From assembly GCA_030834905.1 (NCBI GenBank), contig JAUQWZ010000022.1:28335-92334 (forward strand): a DNA stretch of 64,000 nt, given 5' to 3'. Below the pieces are notes generated by a model. It worked only from the letters and a program-made list of their open reading frames with translations. It had not been told where the DNA came from and did not search any database. The stretch comes from Aggregatilineales bacterium. GTDB lineage: Bacteria; Chloroflexota; Anaerolineae; Aggregatilineales; Phototrophicaceae. The translations under genes were made by a program, and so were the position numbers. Every line of letters begins with the position of its first letter. Position 1 is the first letter of the stretch. Positions 16,373 through 27,015 of this stretch are shown here, piece by piece.

Positions 16373-18663
16373 CCATTGAATTACTGACGCTGCTCACTCA
16401 GGCAGTTTATATCCTGCTTTCCATCGTCACCGTGATCGCTTATATCCGGTATCGGGACGTGGTGCGGCGCGACGTGGCGCTGACGTTCAGCGTGCTGGCG
16501 ATTCCCTTTTATGTGCAGGTGGCGGTTCAGCTTTATCCGAACTTTTCAGTCCCAGCGCTGACCCTGATGGGGGCGGTGTCGGTCTTTGCCTTAGTGGCGC
16601 AGCCGTATCTGCTGCTGCGGCTGGTGCGCTACTTCTGGCACATTCCCCGGCTGTTTCTGCTGGCGGCGCTGATCGTGATGCTGGCGGCGTGCGCGGGTTT
16701 TTACCTGATCTTCACAACCGGAACTGACATTCCCATTGTGGTTCCCCTGTTCAATGGTTACCTTGCCGTAGTGGGCGGCTACGTCGTGTTCAGCTTTGTA
16801 CGCGCCGCGCTGTTCAGTACCGGGGTTATTCGCTGGCGCAGGCGATTCGCGGCGGTGGGCGCAAGCCTGCTGGTGATGCTGCTGTGGCTGTCAGCGCTTC
16901 AGCGGTTCTTTCCGGCGCTGGCGAATTTGTCGGGCGCGTTTACGCTGGTGGTGGCAGTCGTGGCGGCGTTCTGCTTCTATCTGGGCTTCGCGCCGCCGCG
17001 CTGGCTGCGCCGCGCATGGCAGGTCAACGAGTTTCGCGACTTTCTGTTACAGTCCCTCAGCAAGCATCAATCGGGCGAAACCAGCGCGGCGCTGACCTTG
17101 CAGGTGCTGGGGTCAATCGCGCTGCAAACCGTCAACGGCATGGCTTCCGCCGTCGTTCAGCCGGATGAAGCAGGTGGCGGCTGGGTGACGCGCGCCAGCA
17201 GCGGCGATGCCAATCTGGACGGACTGGCAGAGGAAGGCGCGTGGCTGTTCGCGGACATGATGAAGCAGGGCAAGCCGCGCGCGCTGCGCAAGGGAGATCG
17301 CTTCGACGGTAGCACGCCAGCATGGTGGGATCGCCTCGATGCTGGCATGATGATGCTGGTGCCAGTGGCGACGGTGGCACGCACCTGGGGGATTCTGGTC
17401 GTCTTTCTCAAGCGCGGCTCGATCTTCGCCGACGATGACCTGGAGATGCTGATTCTGCTGGCGCAGCACAGCGCCATTCTGCTGGAGAACTACGGGCTGG
17501 TTGACGAACTGAGCCGTTATTCGCATATGCTGGAACGGATCGTCGAGCAGCGAACGGCGGAACTGGGCGAGCGCGAAGCGCAGTACCGGCAGATCGTCGA
17601 AACGGCGCAGGAAGGCATCTGGTCGGTGGGCGCGGACAATAAGACCCGCTTCGTGAATCCCTGCATGGCTGCCATGCTTGGCTATACCTTTGACGAGATG
17701 CTGGAGATGCCGGTGTCGCAGATTCTGGACACGGACAGCGCCGCCGACGTGATGACAGACGTGAACAGACCGGCAGGCAGCGTGTACCAGCAGGAAGTGA
17801 AGCTGCGGCGCAAGGATGGCAGTATGATATGGGGGTTGCTGTCCGCCGACCATCTGCTCGAAACCGATGGGCAGGGCGAAGGCTTTCTGGCAATGGTGGT
17901 CGATATCACCGACCGCAAGCACGATGAAGAGGAGATTCGCCAGCTAAACGCCGAACTGGAAGAACGGGTGGCGGAACGGACAGCGCAGTTGAGCATCGTC
18001 AACCGGGAACTGGAAGCCTTCAGCTATTCGGTGTCTCATGACCTGCGCGCGCCGCTGCGAGCGCTGGACGGCTTCAGCCAGGCGCTGATCGAAGACCACG
18101 CCGAACGGCTGGACGGGCAGGCGCTGAACTTTCTGGAGCGTATCCGGGCAGCCAGCCAGCGTATGGGGCAGTTGATCGACGACCTGCTCCAGCTATCGCG
18201 GCTCTCGCGCGCCGAGATGCGACACGACGCGGTCGATTTAAGCGAGCTGGCTCAGCAGATAGCCGCCGAACTGGTCGAACAGGAACCGGAACGGCAGATA
18301 GAAATCAGGCTGGCAGCCGGGCTGACCGCCAGGGGCGACGAACGACTGCTGCGGGTGGCATTGAGCAACCTGATCAACAATGCCTGGAAGTACACGCGCA
18401 AACAGCCGACTCCCTGTGTTGAGTTTGGCGCTACTGAGCATAATGGCAAACAGGCATATTTCGTGCGTGACAACGGTGCCGGGTTCGATATGACCTATGC
18501 AAACCGCTTGTTTGGGGCATTTCAGCGCCTGCACAGTTCAAGCGAGTTTGAAGGCACCGGCATTGGCTTGGCAACGGTACAGCGGATCATCCACCGGCAT
18601 GGCGGCGAAATCTGGGCAGAGGCGGCGGTCGATAATGGCGCTACGTTTTATTTCACGCTTTAG
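16360..18663 (+). CDS. Multi-TM sensor histidine kinase (GAF, PAS, HisKA, HATPase)
   Basis: FSYSVSHDLRAPL H-box, N box NLINNAWKY, DNGAGF, GTGIGLA. Confidence 0.95.
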   Translation: MSMSAIELLTLLTQAVYILLSIVTVIAYIRYRDVVRRDVALTFSVLAIPFYVQVAVQLYPNFSVPALTLMGAVSVFALVAQPYLLLRLVRYFWHIPRLFLLAALIVMLAACAGFYLIFTTGTDIPIVVPLFNGYLAVVGGYVVFSFVRAALFSTGVIRWRRRFAAVGASLLVMLLWLSALQRFFPALANLSGAFTLVVAVVAAFCFYLGFAPPRWLRRAWQVNEFRDFLLQSLSKHQSGETSAALTLQVLGSIALQTVNGMASAVVQPDEAGGGWVTRASSGDANLDGLAEEGAWLFADMMKQGKPRALRKGDRFDGSTPAWWDRLDAGMMMLVPVATVARTWGILVVFLKRGSIFADDDLEMLILLAQHSAILLENYGLVDELSRYSHMLERIVEQRTAELGEREAQYRQIVETAQEGIWSVGADNKTRFVNPCMAAMLGYTFDEMLEMPVSQILDTDSAADVMTDVNRPAGSVYQQEVKLRRKDGSMIWGLLSADHLLETDGQGEGFLAMVVDITDRKHDEEEIRQLNAELEERVAERTAQLSIVNRELEAFSYSVSHDLRAPLRALDGFSQALIEDHAERLDGQALNFLERIRAASQRMGQLIDDLLQLSRLSRAEMRHDAVDLSELAQQIAAELVEQEPERQIEIRLAAGLTARGDERLLRVALSNLINNAWKYTRKQPTPCVEFGATEHNGKQAYFVRDNGAGFDMTYANRLFGAFQRLHSSSEFEGTGIGLATVQRIIHRHGGEIWAEAAVDNGATFYFTL

Positions 18664-18692
18664 AGCGTATCTGAAAAGCAGGAGGAAATCAT

Positions 18693-19136
18693 ATGCAAAT
18701 CAGCGTGCCGCAGATTTTACTGGTCGAAGACAGCGCCGACGACGAGATCCTGACCCTTCGAGCCTTCAACAAGACGAATATCCGCAATGAAGTCGTGGTG
18801 ACCAGAGACGGTGCCGAAGCGCTCGATTATCTGTTTGCGACCGGAAGTTACGCGGATCGCGATGCCAATGATCTGCCGCATCTGGTTCTGCTTGACCTGA
18901 AGCTGCCGAAGATTGACGGGCTGGAAGTCCTCAGGCGCATTCGCGCTGACGAACGCACGCGGCTGCTGCCGGTCGTCATTCTGACGACCTCGCGCGAGCA
19001 GGAAGACCTGCTGAGCAGCTATTCGCTGGGGGCAAACAGCTATATCCGCAAGCCGGTCGATTTCAACCAGTTCTTCCAGGCGATCCAGCAGGTGGGGCTG
19101 TACTGGCTGGTGCTGAACGAAACGCCGTTTCAGTGA
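18693..19136 (+). CDS. Single-domain response regulator
   Basis: ILLVED, LLDLKLPKIDG, YIRKP. Confidence 0.95.
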   Translation: MQISVPQILLVEDSADDEILTLRAFNKTNIRNEVVVTRDGAEALDYLFATGSYADRDANDLPHLVLLDLKLPKIDGLEVLRRIRADERTRLLPVVILTTSREQEDLLSSYSLGANSYIRKPVDFNQFFQAIQQVGLYWLVLNETPFQ

Positions 19137-19463
19137 GGAAGGACAGCAGCAAAAGTAAGGAACGTAGAAGAAAGTAAAGGAAGTGCTGAGTACCGAGTGC
19201 TGAGGGGCAGCGATCAGCTTCTGTTTTGTCGCCTAGACTGCTGTTGTATTACAAAATAATACGGGTTTTTTCGCAAGGACGCGTGCATACTGCGTATGCT
19301 GCATACTGCGGACTCTTTGTCGTGTCCGTTTTTTGTGGGGGCGGACACGACATTGTCGTGTCCCTACATGTCCCGTATTTAATTATTAAACGGCATAAGC
19401 TGGCGCATATGAGGCGCAGGATACTGCGCCTCTGCTAACGCGGTGTTGATCAGGCGGGAGCGA

Positions 19464-19955
19464 TTACGACGCCTGAGTCGCCTCGGGGGTGACTTCGGAC
19501 GTGGCTTCGGCATCCACCACGGCGGGCAGGAGACTGAGATCGCCGACCACTTCCACGACACAACGTGCCACCCAGGCGTCACCTTCATTAAAGGTCACCT
19601 GAATCCACATATCGAGATCGTTGCCGAGATCTTCAGTGCAGCGGCGGTCAAGATCAAAGTCGTTATACGCAACCGCTTCGAGATAGCGATTGGGACGCAG
19701 GACGCCGCGAACGCGGTGCTGCAAACCGGGACCGCGCCGGACATTGACCACCGAGTCCTGCAGCGGGGTGACAAAGACCAGACTGGGATCGGGAGTGGCT
19801 TCTGCCTCAAGGGTGAAATCTGGGCTGGGCAGGGCTTCCTGCGTGGCATCTGGCGTAACGTCCGGTGTTGACTCCTGCGCGAATACGAACGCCGTTAAAG
19901 TGAGCGAGAGCGCGAGGAAGGCAGCAGCGAAAAGGAACGAGCGCTTACGAGCCAT
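19464..19955 (-). CDS. Secreted protein with SH3b-like domain
   Basis: Signal peptide MARKRSFLF...VFA|Q; VNVRRGPGLQH...W. Confidence 0.7.
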   Translation of the reverse strand: MARKRSFLFAAAFLALSLTLTAFVFAQESTPDVTPDATQEALPSPDFTLEAEATPDPSLVFVTPLQDSVVNVRRGPGLQHRVRGVLRPNRYLEAVAYNDFDLDRRCTEDLGNDLDMWIQVTFNEGDAWVARCVVEVVGDLSLLPAVVDAEATSEVTPEATQAS

Positions 19956-20107
19956 ATCGGTTTTCTCCTGTAGCTGGCACAAGACACAAAATGTCCAGTA
20001 GATATTTACAATGTAATTATGATGAAGTCAATATAGAAGCGGTGTCGATAGGACTAAAGGAGGGGGTGGGGGCGCGAGCGTGCTGCGCCCCCACGGCGCG
20101 GCGAAGG

Positions 20108-21055
20108 TTAGTCGGCTTCCTGTACCAGCAGGCGCTGCCCGACCTGAATACGGCGGGCGGTGTCGCGGGTCAGGCTGTTCAGTTGCATGATCTGGGTTAC
20201 GGTCACGTCATAGGCGATGGCAATGCCGCTGAGGGTATCGCCCGGCTGGATGACGTGGACAATCGAGCCATCCGGCTGCGGCTCCTGCGGGATGGCGACG
20301 AAGGCGGTCGGGCGCGCGGGTGGCACCGGCGTACCTGGCGCGGTTTCCGCGCCCGGCGTGACGACAACCGAAGCTCTACCGCCAGGTCCGCCAACGACCA
20401 GCGAGGCGTTGTCGTAGTAGCGGTTATTGAAGTCGGTGGGCCAGCGCGAGTTGGTGTAAACGAAGAACGTCACCTGAGTGCCGATTGCGGTCGCGTTGAC
20501 CGAGGCGGTTTCCCAGTGGTCAAGCGGCGAAACGGAAGGACCCCAGATAATGCCGGGGGACGTTGGATCGATGCCGCCGGTGGGGTCAACGCCCACGCGC
20601 ACGAAGGCTTCCGAGAAGGGCGTCGAGGCGCACGAGCCGGGAATCCAGTTATTGTTGTTGTCGCGAGTGTTGCAGGATTGAATCCAGACGCCGACGCTGC
20701 CGATCAGATTGGCGTTATTGGGTACGGTCACCTGTTGAAACACCGCTGCCGCGAACTGGACAAAGCCGCCATTCAGGTTCAGCGACGCGGCACCTGACAG
20801 CACCTGGGGGGCGGCATTGTGCGGGAAGGCGTAGACGTGATCGCCGCGATTCTCCCATTCCTGCCCGGTGGGTCCCTGCTGTAACCAGATGGGCCAGGCA
20901 GCCGGTGTGTTCAGGTCGGCGCGTCCACGATTAAGATATGGACCTTCAAAACCGGGGTCTTGCAGCAGATTTAAGTCCTGTGCCGCCGCAGGCACAATCA
21001 CCAGCGTGCTGAGAACCAGAACCAGCGCCAACAGACTGAGGTACTTCAAACGCAT
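20108..21055 (-). CDS. Secreted LysM-domain protein
   Basis: Signal peptide; C-terminal HVIQPGDTLSGIAIAYDVT...IQVGQRL; GGAGG RBS. Confidence 0.9.
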   Translation of the reverse strand: MRLKYLSLLALVLVLSTLVIVPAAAQDLNLLQDPGFEGPYLNRGRADLNTPAAWPIWLQQGPTGQEWENRGDHVYAFPHNAAPQVLSGAASLNLNGGFVQFAAAVFQQVTVPNNANLIGSVGVWIQSCNTRDNNNNWIPGSCASTPFSEAFVRVGVDPTGGIDPTSPGIIWGPSVSPLDHWETASVNATAIGTQVTFFVYTNSRWPTDFNNRYYDNASLVVGGPGGRASVVVTPGAETAPGTPVPPARPTAFVAIPQEPQPDGSIVHVIQPGDTLSGIAIAYDVTVTQIMQLNSLTRDTARRIQVGQRLLVQEAD

Positions 21056-21136
21056 ATCGAGCCTCCAATAGTTGCATATTCTTCCGAAGATTATAACATC
21101 TGTTGATACAAGTAGTGTGTGCAAAGTGAGGTATTG

Positions 21137-21685
21137 ATGTTGGCGACAACGGATAAGGCGACAGCGGCGCGGCTGCTGGCGATGGAACATACGGCGGTCA
21201 AGGCACTGATCGGCGCGCTAACGGATGATGAAATGACGCGCCCGGACACGATTCGACATGGGCTGTATCCCGACCAGAAGCTGTCTTTCAAAGACCTGCT
21301 GGCGCACCTGACGACCTATGAAGTGTATACGATTGAAGCGGTTGAAGACTGGACTCAGGGGCAGAAACACTGGATTATCGACGCGCTGAACAGCCACGAA
21401 GGCGGAATCCGGGTGCATTATGACGGTATCGAGGAACGGCGCGGACAGTCGCTGGGTGAGATGATCGATGAGTGGGAAGCGACCCAGTTGGCGTTGATGA
21501 GAATGCTGAACGACCTGACGGATGAGGTGTGGAACAGCCCTGCGCCCTACGAGACGGACGAGCCAACCGATCTGGGTGGGATGGTGGAGATGATCCTGGT
21601 GCAGCCGCCGCGCCCGCTGTACCGTCATCTGCCGGTGCATGTCCCGGACGTGGGGGCGTATGTGCGACGGCTGAAGGGCGAGTGA
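21137..21685 (+). CDS. DinB/ClbS-DfsB-like four-helix bundle protein
   Basis: SFKDLLAHLTTYE motif; GAGG RBS. Confidence 0.65.
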   Translation: MLATTDKATAARLLAMEHTAVKALIGALTDDEMTRPDTIRHGLYPDQKLSFKDLLAHLTTYEVYTIEAVEDWTQGQKHWIIDALNSHEGGIRVHYDGIEERRGQSLGEMIDEWEATQLALMRMLNDLTDEVWNSPAPYETDEPTDLGGMVEMILVQPPRPLYRHLPVHVPDVGAYVRRLKGE

Positions 21686-22054
21686 TAGTACTGAGTGGAA
21701 AGTTGAAAGTAGAAAGTAGAGGCGCAGCGCTGCTGCGCCCACAGGCATCAACCTAAGACATTGGGCGGCTGAGTACTAAGTTGCAAGTGAAAAGTTGAAA
21801 GTGGAAAGTAGGGGCGCAGCATTGCTGCGCCCATGCGTACCAGGTTAAGGAATTCAGCAGAATATTCTGCCCGCGCCGCCAGACAATAAATTGTCCGGCT
21901 CCGAAAAGACAAGCACACTAAAGGTGCTGTTTTGAGTCTCTTTAGCAGACTTGTCTTTTCGGAGCCGTAGGTTTTAACCTCCGACGCCAAAACAGATCGC
22001 CTTTGCAAGTAAAAACGGCTCAACTTGATGCGCAGGGGGTGTTCATAACCCGCG

Positions 22055-22447
22055 CTAGTTCAGGCTGAAACTGATCGAAGCTGGCGGGCGGTAGGCGATG
22101 GCGTTTTCGGCAGGGCGCTCCTGCTGGCTGACCTTGCGGACGCCAAGCAGCCGCGTTTCGGTTCGCCAGGCGGCGTTGAGCAGCGCCCGGTAGTCCTGAC
22201 GGTTGAGCGCCAGACAGGTCTTGCCGATCCACACTTCACGCAGATCGTCATCGACCCGCACGACGCAGCAGGTGACGCCGCCGACATAGTGGCGCGTCAA
22301 GCCGCTTTCCAGCGCGCGCACGAGCCGGATAAACGCCGCGTGATCGAGCGAAAACCGGTGATTTTCCCAGTGAATACGGACAATCTGACCTGAATCGTGG
22401 GTGATGTGCCGACGATGGTCGATAGCAGCCAGCAGTTGAAAATTCAT
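22055..22447 (-). CDS. Hypothetical protein
   Basis: Isolated ORF in an otherwise empty interval; start uncertain (22447 or 22474). Confidence 0.5.
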   Translation of the reverse strand: MNFQLLAAIDHRRHITHDSGQIVRIHWENHRFSLDHAAFIRLVRALESGLTRHYVGGVTCCVVRVDDDLREVWIGKTCLALNRQDYRALLNAAWRTETRLLGVRKVSQQERPAENAIAYRPPASISFSLN

Positions 22448-22595
22448 ACAGGGGAACCTACAGTTTTCATCCACAGTCGTTCAACCCAGCACGATAGCAG
22501 AAGCGGCTGTGTATATCCACAAGCGCGATTAAGTGCCTTTTTTCGCCGCCTGTTTAACCTTGTTCACAATATTGTTGGCTGTTTTAACTGCGGTT

Positions 22596-22628
22596 AAAAA
22601 CAAAACAGGCTGGCAACACGCCAGCCTG
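22596..22628 (-). terminator. Rho-independent terminator downstream of dps
   Basis: Stem CAGGCTGGC-N5-GCCAGCCTG (22606-22628) followed by a T-run on the minus strand. Confidence 0.7.
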
Positions 22629-22668
22629 CGATGGGTTCATGGTCGAAGGTGATAAGGGCGAGGCAGGC

Positions 22669-22693
22669 GGGCGACCCACCGGGTCGCCCCTAC
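22669..22693. repeat. REP-like hairpin GGGCGACCC-ACC-GGGTCGCCC-CTAC
   Basis: Perfect 9-bp stem with CTAC foot; intergenic. Confidence 0.75.
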
Positions 22694-22718
22694 AAACATC
22701 GCGACGAAATCGTGAGGG

Positions 22719-23225
22719 TTAGAGATTTTCGCCTTCAAGATGGGCGCGCAGCAGCCATGCCATCTTCTGGTGATTCTGGATCAGACCGGTGAAGTAGTCT
22801 TCAACCGCGACATCGCCGAATTTTTCACCGGCAGCTTCGGTGTCCTCGCGCAGTTGGCGAATCACTGCCTCGTGATCGGCGACCAGGTTGGCGACCATTT
22901 CACGGGCGGTTGGCACTACGCCCGGCTCTTCGTTGAGGCGGGACAGGTCGATCATTTCCTGGAGCGTGCCGGGAGCGAAAGCGCCATACTGGCGGATACG
23001 CTCGGCGGATTCATCAATTGACGCGCCGATCTGTTCGTACTGCTCCTCGATCAGTTCGTGAAGCTGCTGGAACTGGGGACCGGTGATATTCCAGTGGTAG
23101 TTGCGCATCCGCATATACAGAATATGCTGGTCGGCAAGCACGTACTTCAGCAGTTCGACGACACCCGTCTGCTGGTCTGCGGTTAGCCCATCGTTCACCT
23201 GGATGTTTTTGGTTTTAGTTGCCAT
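22719..23225 (-). CDS. dps: DNA starvation/stationary phase protection protein Dps
   Basis: RNYHWNITGPQFQQLHELIEEQY...DESAERIR ferroxidase motif. Confidence 0.95.
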   Translation of the reverse strand: MATKTKNIQVNDGLTADQQTGVVELLKYVLADQHILYMRMRNYHWNITGPQFQQLHELIEEQYEQIGASIDESAERIRQYGAFAPGTLQEMIDLSRLNEEPGVVPTAREMVANLVADHEAVIRQLREDTEAAGEKFGDVAVEDYFTGLIQNHQKMAWLLRAHLEGENL

Positions 23226-23451
23226 AGATGCTTCTCCTCGATCTCAATATTAACGATGCTCATATAACTTGATCCTACCGCATATTAGTTAGATTCACGA
23301 TGGTTAAACATGAGAGTTCGCTTAGTTAAACCATAAATGATTATATTTCTGGTAACGGCGGGTTGTGGGATGCGGCTGCGGCGGCAGGCGGATAAACGCA
23401 AGGGGGCGCAGACACGCTGCGCCCCCTGAGCCGGGTTATGGTGATGTGGAG

Positions 23452-26235
23452 TTATTCAAAGGCTGCCAGCATGGCGGGCTGACCGTTAAGGTCAATATAC
23501 CAGTAGGGTATCCAGCCGATGCCGAACATATCGATGGAGATGTCCTTCTTGTAGGGCGTGATGTGGTGCTCCTCAACCTGGGCGGCGATCTTCGCCCACT
23601 TTTCGTTGATCTGGCGCAGCTCGGCTTCAAAATCCTGCTGCGAGCGCTCCATCTCGATTTGCGCCTGCTGCACGTCCAGTTCCAGCGATTCCGCCTGCCC
23701 TTTGGAACGCTGCTTGTAGACCGAGGCGCGGCTCATGCGCGAGAGGGTGAAGGCGGTGCGCCCCTTGAGCAAGCCCAGCACTGCTTCGCCAGTTGTGAAC
23801 AGTTCTTCGCGCTTGATGTTCGCCAGCTCGCGTTTTTCCGAGTCGAGGCGTTGGGCTTTGCGCTGCATCTGAGCTTCCAGCTTGTCGAGGATGGTTTCAA
23901 ACTTGCGGGTCAGGGTATCGACTTCGGCGTCTCGGCGCTCGCGGGCTGCCTGCTGCACCTGGGCGCGGAAGACGCTGAAATCGCCATCGGGATCGGCGTA
24001 AATATCGAGCGTCGAGTTGTACGGCACTTTCAGGCGCGCGGTGGTGTAGAGCATGTCGGTCAGCTCGCGCTTAAGCGTCGTCAGGCGTTTGGCGTCGGTC
24101 AAGCCGGGCGGCAGATCGCCGAAGATGCCGTTGTTGAACGGCTCGCCGGAGACGCGGCGCGGGTCAATGGGCGCGGTTTCGTATTCTTCCCAATGGACGA
24201 GTCCCGAACGCTCGACATTCGGAATCTGGTACGCCAGCATCCGGGTGATGTAAAGCTGAGTCTTGCGATCCTGGTAGCGGATGGACGCCTGCGCCAGCAG
24301 CACCGGCTTGTACGCCATGATCGCGCCGCCAAAGCCAGTCGCGGCAAAGCCAGTTTTGCGCTCCCAGTTGGCAATCGCCTGCTGGTTGGAGATGCTGTTG
24401 GGCAGGAAATACTGCGCCACCGAGCCGGACAGCGGCGGCGGGCTGTCGGCGAATCCCATCGGGGCGCGGCTCGCCTGAGTGCCGCCGGTGCGAACGGGCT
24501 GGCTGACTGGCGCGGAACTACCGACCGGCGGCACGTTTATCGCCGGCGAACCGCCGGGCGTAAACAACTGCGCCGACGCGGTTGGCGTTTCGACGAATTC
24601 GGGCAGATGGGGCGGCATTTCCGGCAGGCTGGGCGGCGGCGGAACCGGCGTACTGCCGGGCAGGACTGACGGGTGGCGGGCGGGCGGGGCGTAGTGGGCG
24701 GCTGCCTGCTGCGCGTAGTATGCCGCCTGCGAGCCAAAGGTGGGTCCGGGCGTGCCTGCGGCTGCCGGAGCAGGCGGGTTATAAGCTGCCGCGCCAATGC
24801 GGGCGAGAAACTGCGCCCGCTGATCCTGCATCAGGATTTGCACCTGCTGGCGCGTCAGGGGTCCGCGCAGGTAGCTCATTGCCCAGCGGGTATGCACCAT
24901 GACGGGTCCGCCCTGGTCGTGAACGTTGTGCATGAGGAAGATGCGCGGCTCAAGCTCGGAGATCAGCCGCCCCACCTCGCGCAAGTCCATCTGCGTATTG
25001 ACGGACGCCATCGATTCGAGTCCGGTGACGACGCGCTGCTTGTCGTTTTCAGACTGCAAGCGACCGATAAACCAGGTTCCGGCGTTGCTCAAGCCTTTGT
25101 AATCCAGGTCGCCCGGATTCTGGGTCGCCAGAATTAGCCCAACGCCGAAGGCGCGCGCCTGTTTGAGCAAGCGCAGCATCGGGTCTTTAGTGGGCGGGTT
25201 GCGCGGGTAAGGCGGGAAGTAGCCGTAAATCTCGTCAATGTAAAAGAGCGAGCGCAGGCTGGTCGTGCCGCTGAGAGTGCGCATCCAGCCGAGCATGTTT
25301 TCGAGCAGCAGGGTGATGATGAACTGGCGCTCGGCTTCGGAAAGATGGGCGATGTAGAAGATCGACACGCGCGGGCGACCATCGGGCTGGTAGAGCAGTG
25401 ACTGGATATCCATCGGGTCGCCGTTCAGCCACGACTGGAACGACGGCGCGGCGACGATGTTGTTGAGTTCGAGCGCCAGCTTCTGGCGGTTCTTCTCGGT
25501 GATGTACTCGTCTACCGGAAAGACGCCAAGCCGGTTGAAGGGCGGGTTCTGCACCTGACGGATGATGTCTTCCAGCGACAGGTCGATACCCCGCTGCCAG
25601 GCATATTCAAAGATGTTGGCGATGAGGACGTGTTCCTTGTCCTGTACCGGCTGGGCATTGCGCCCAACCAGCGCCAGCAGCGCGGTGACGATGCCGTTGA
25701 TACGCTCGCGGCTCTCCTCTTCGTTCCCTGCCCAACCGCCGCGCGGCGCTTGCAGCGAGGCAAGGATGTTGACCGGCAAGCCGGTATCTGAGCCGGGGGT
25801 GTAGATGCTGTACTGGGTGGCGTATTTCAGCCAGCGCATCCGGTCAGGGACGATGCTCCAGCTTGCCAGCCCTTCGCGCCAGCGGTAGGCAACGTCGGCG
25901 GTATACTGCGGCACGTCCATGCCAGCGCGGCGGGCATCGTCCACGTTGATCCAGGGCTGAAAATCGCTCGGCAGCAGGTCGGGAAAGTTGAGCAGCAGAT
26001 TGGTGATGTCGCCTTTGGGGTCAATCACAATCGCCGGAATGTTATCGAGGATGGCTTCTTCAAGCAGGGTGATGCACAAGCCGGTCTTGCCGCTGCCGGT
26101 CATGCCGACGACGACGGCGTGGGTGGTCAGATCGCGCGAGTCGTAGTAGACCACGTCGTCGGTCAGTTTGTGGGTGGTCGGCTCATAGCGGCGACCGAGG
26201 TAAAAGGTTGTCGGCGCTTCAATAAAGGGCATCAA
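23452..26235 (-). CDS. HerA/FtsK-superfamily (DUF87-like) P-loop ATPase with Pro/Ala linker and coiled-coil tail
   Basis: Walker A GMTGSGKT, Walker B YIDE, LKQARAFGVG, ATQNP. Confidence 0.9.
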   Translation of the reverse strand: MMPFIEAPTTFYLGRRYEPTTHKLTDDVVYYDSRDLTTHAVVVGMTGSGKTGLCITLLEEAILDNIPAIVIDPKGDITNLLLNFPDLLPSDFQPWINVDDARRAGMDVPQYTADVAYRWREGLASWSIVPDRMRWLKYATQYSIYTPGSDTGLPVNILASLQAPRGGWAGNEEESRERINGIVTALLALVGRNAQPVQDKEHVLIANIFEYAWQRGIDLSLEDIIRQVQNPPFNRLGVFPVDEYITEKNRQKLALELNNIVAAPSFQSWLNGDPMDIQSLLYQPDGRPRVSIFYIAHLSEAERQFIITLLLENMLGWMRTLSGTTSLRSLFYIDEIYGYFPPYPRNPPTKDPMLRLLKQARAFGVGLILATQNPGDLDYKGLSNAGTWFIGRLQSENDKQRVVTGLESMASVNTQMDLREVGRLISELEPRIFLMHNVHDQGGPVMVHTRWAMSYLRGPLTRQQVQILMQDQRAQFLARIGAAAYNPPAPAAAGTPGPTFGSQAAYYAQQAAAHYAPPARHPSVLPGSTPVPPPPSLPEMPPHLPEFVETPTASAQLFTPGGSPAINVPPVGSSAPVSQPVRTGGTQASRAPMGFADSPPPLSGSVAQYFLPNSISNQQAIANWERKTGFAATGFGGAIMAYKPVLLAQASIRYQDRKTQLYITRMLAYQIPNVERSGLVHWEEYETAPIDPRRVSGEPFNNGIFGDLPPGLTDAKRLTTLKRELTDMLYTTARLKVPYNSTLDIYADPDGDFSVFRAQVQQAARERRDAEVDTLTRKFETILDKLEAQMQRKAQRLDSEKRELANIKREELFTTGEAVLGLLKGRTAFTLSRMSRASVYKQRSKGQAESLELDVQQAQIEMERSQQDFEAELRQINEKWAKIAAQVEEHHITPYKKDISIDMFGIGWIPYWYIDLNGQPAMLAAFE

Positions 26236-27015
26236 CTAATCTCCTAAATCTTCGACAACTAAACTACCCATGATGTTCAAGTCTAGGTTTCCACTGTTGA
26301 GTTCTATGAGTTTTGCCCAATCTATCTCACCAGTTGGTAGGCAATACGTGGCTTTTAGTTCGTTAGTAAATTGGACAGCAATGGCATTACGACTATCGAG
26401 GAAAGCATCGTTGTATCTTCTAGCTTCATCACCAAGAGGCTCGATAATTCGTTGGTAAAGTTGTGGGTCTTCACTGATGAAATACCAGAAGTTTTGCCCA
26501 ATTACCTTCATATAGCCTCTCAGGAAAGTTGTTCTGCCTTTTCCATAGCAGCAGCCAAGTACAGGCTGGATATTGCGGCTGAGACGTGACTGCTTGAGGC
26601 GTTTGATAGCTTCTTTGAAATCTTGCTCCTGTGAATATTGCTGACTGCTATTTCCCCAATTGGGTCCCGATTTGACGGATACTATGTAATACGCACCTTT
26701 ATGCGCAAACTCAAAATCAATTCCCGATGCTGTTGATTTGTGCGCACCACAGGTTTGGGATGCCACGAAAATAGAAATATCTTCAAGAAACTCTCCAAAC
26801 AATTTCTCTTCAGTGGAAGAGAGAACTGCGGCGAGTAGATCATTAATCAATTCGGATGGGGCGGTTATGTTTTTTGCTCGGAATAGATAGGGGTTTTTCT
26901 TCCTGAGCAGACTAATTAAATTCATCTTTTCAAGCAGCCGCACCCGATCTTGATGAAAGCGTGAGATATTTTTATTAACGAATTCTCGCAAAGCTTCCAT
27001 ATCCAGAGGATTCAT
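26236..27015 (-). CDS. Type II restriction endonuclease (PD-(D/E)xK; PmeII/EcoO109I-like)
   Basis: KKNPYLF, GIDFEF...SVKSGPNWGNS, GQNFW; coupled to a DNA methyltransferase; AT-rich. Confidence 0.75.
   Translation of the reverse strand: MNPLDMEALREFVNKNISRFHQDRVRLLEKMNLISLLRKKNPYLFRAKNITAPSELINDLLAAVLSSTEEKLFGEFLEDISIFVASQTCGAHKSTASGIDFEFAHKGAYYIVSVKSGPNWGNSSQQYSQEQDFKEAIKRLKQSRLSRNIQPVLGCCYGKGRTTFLRGYMKVIGQNFWYFISEDPQLYQRIIEPLGDEARRYNDAFLDSRNAIAVQFTNELKATYCLPTGEIDWAKLIELNSGNLDLNIMGSLVVEDLGD

Noticed and set aside
23365-24669. 434-aa plus-strand ORF
   Set aside because: Antisense shadow of the HerA-like ATPase.
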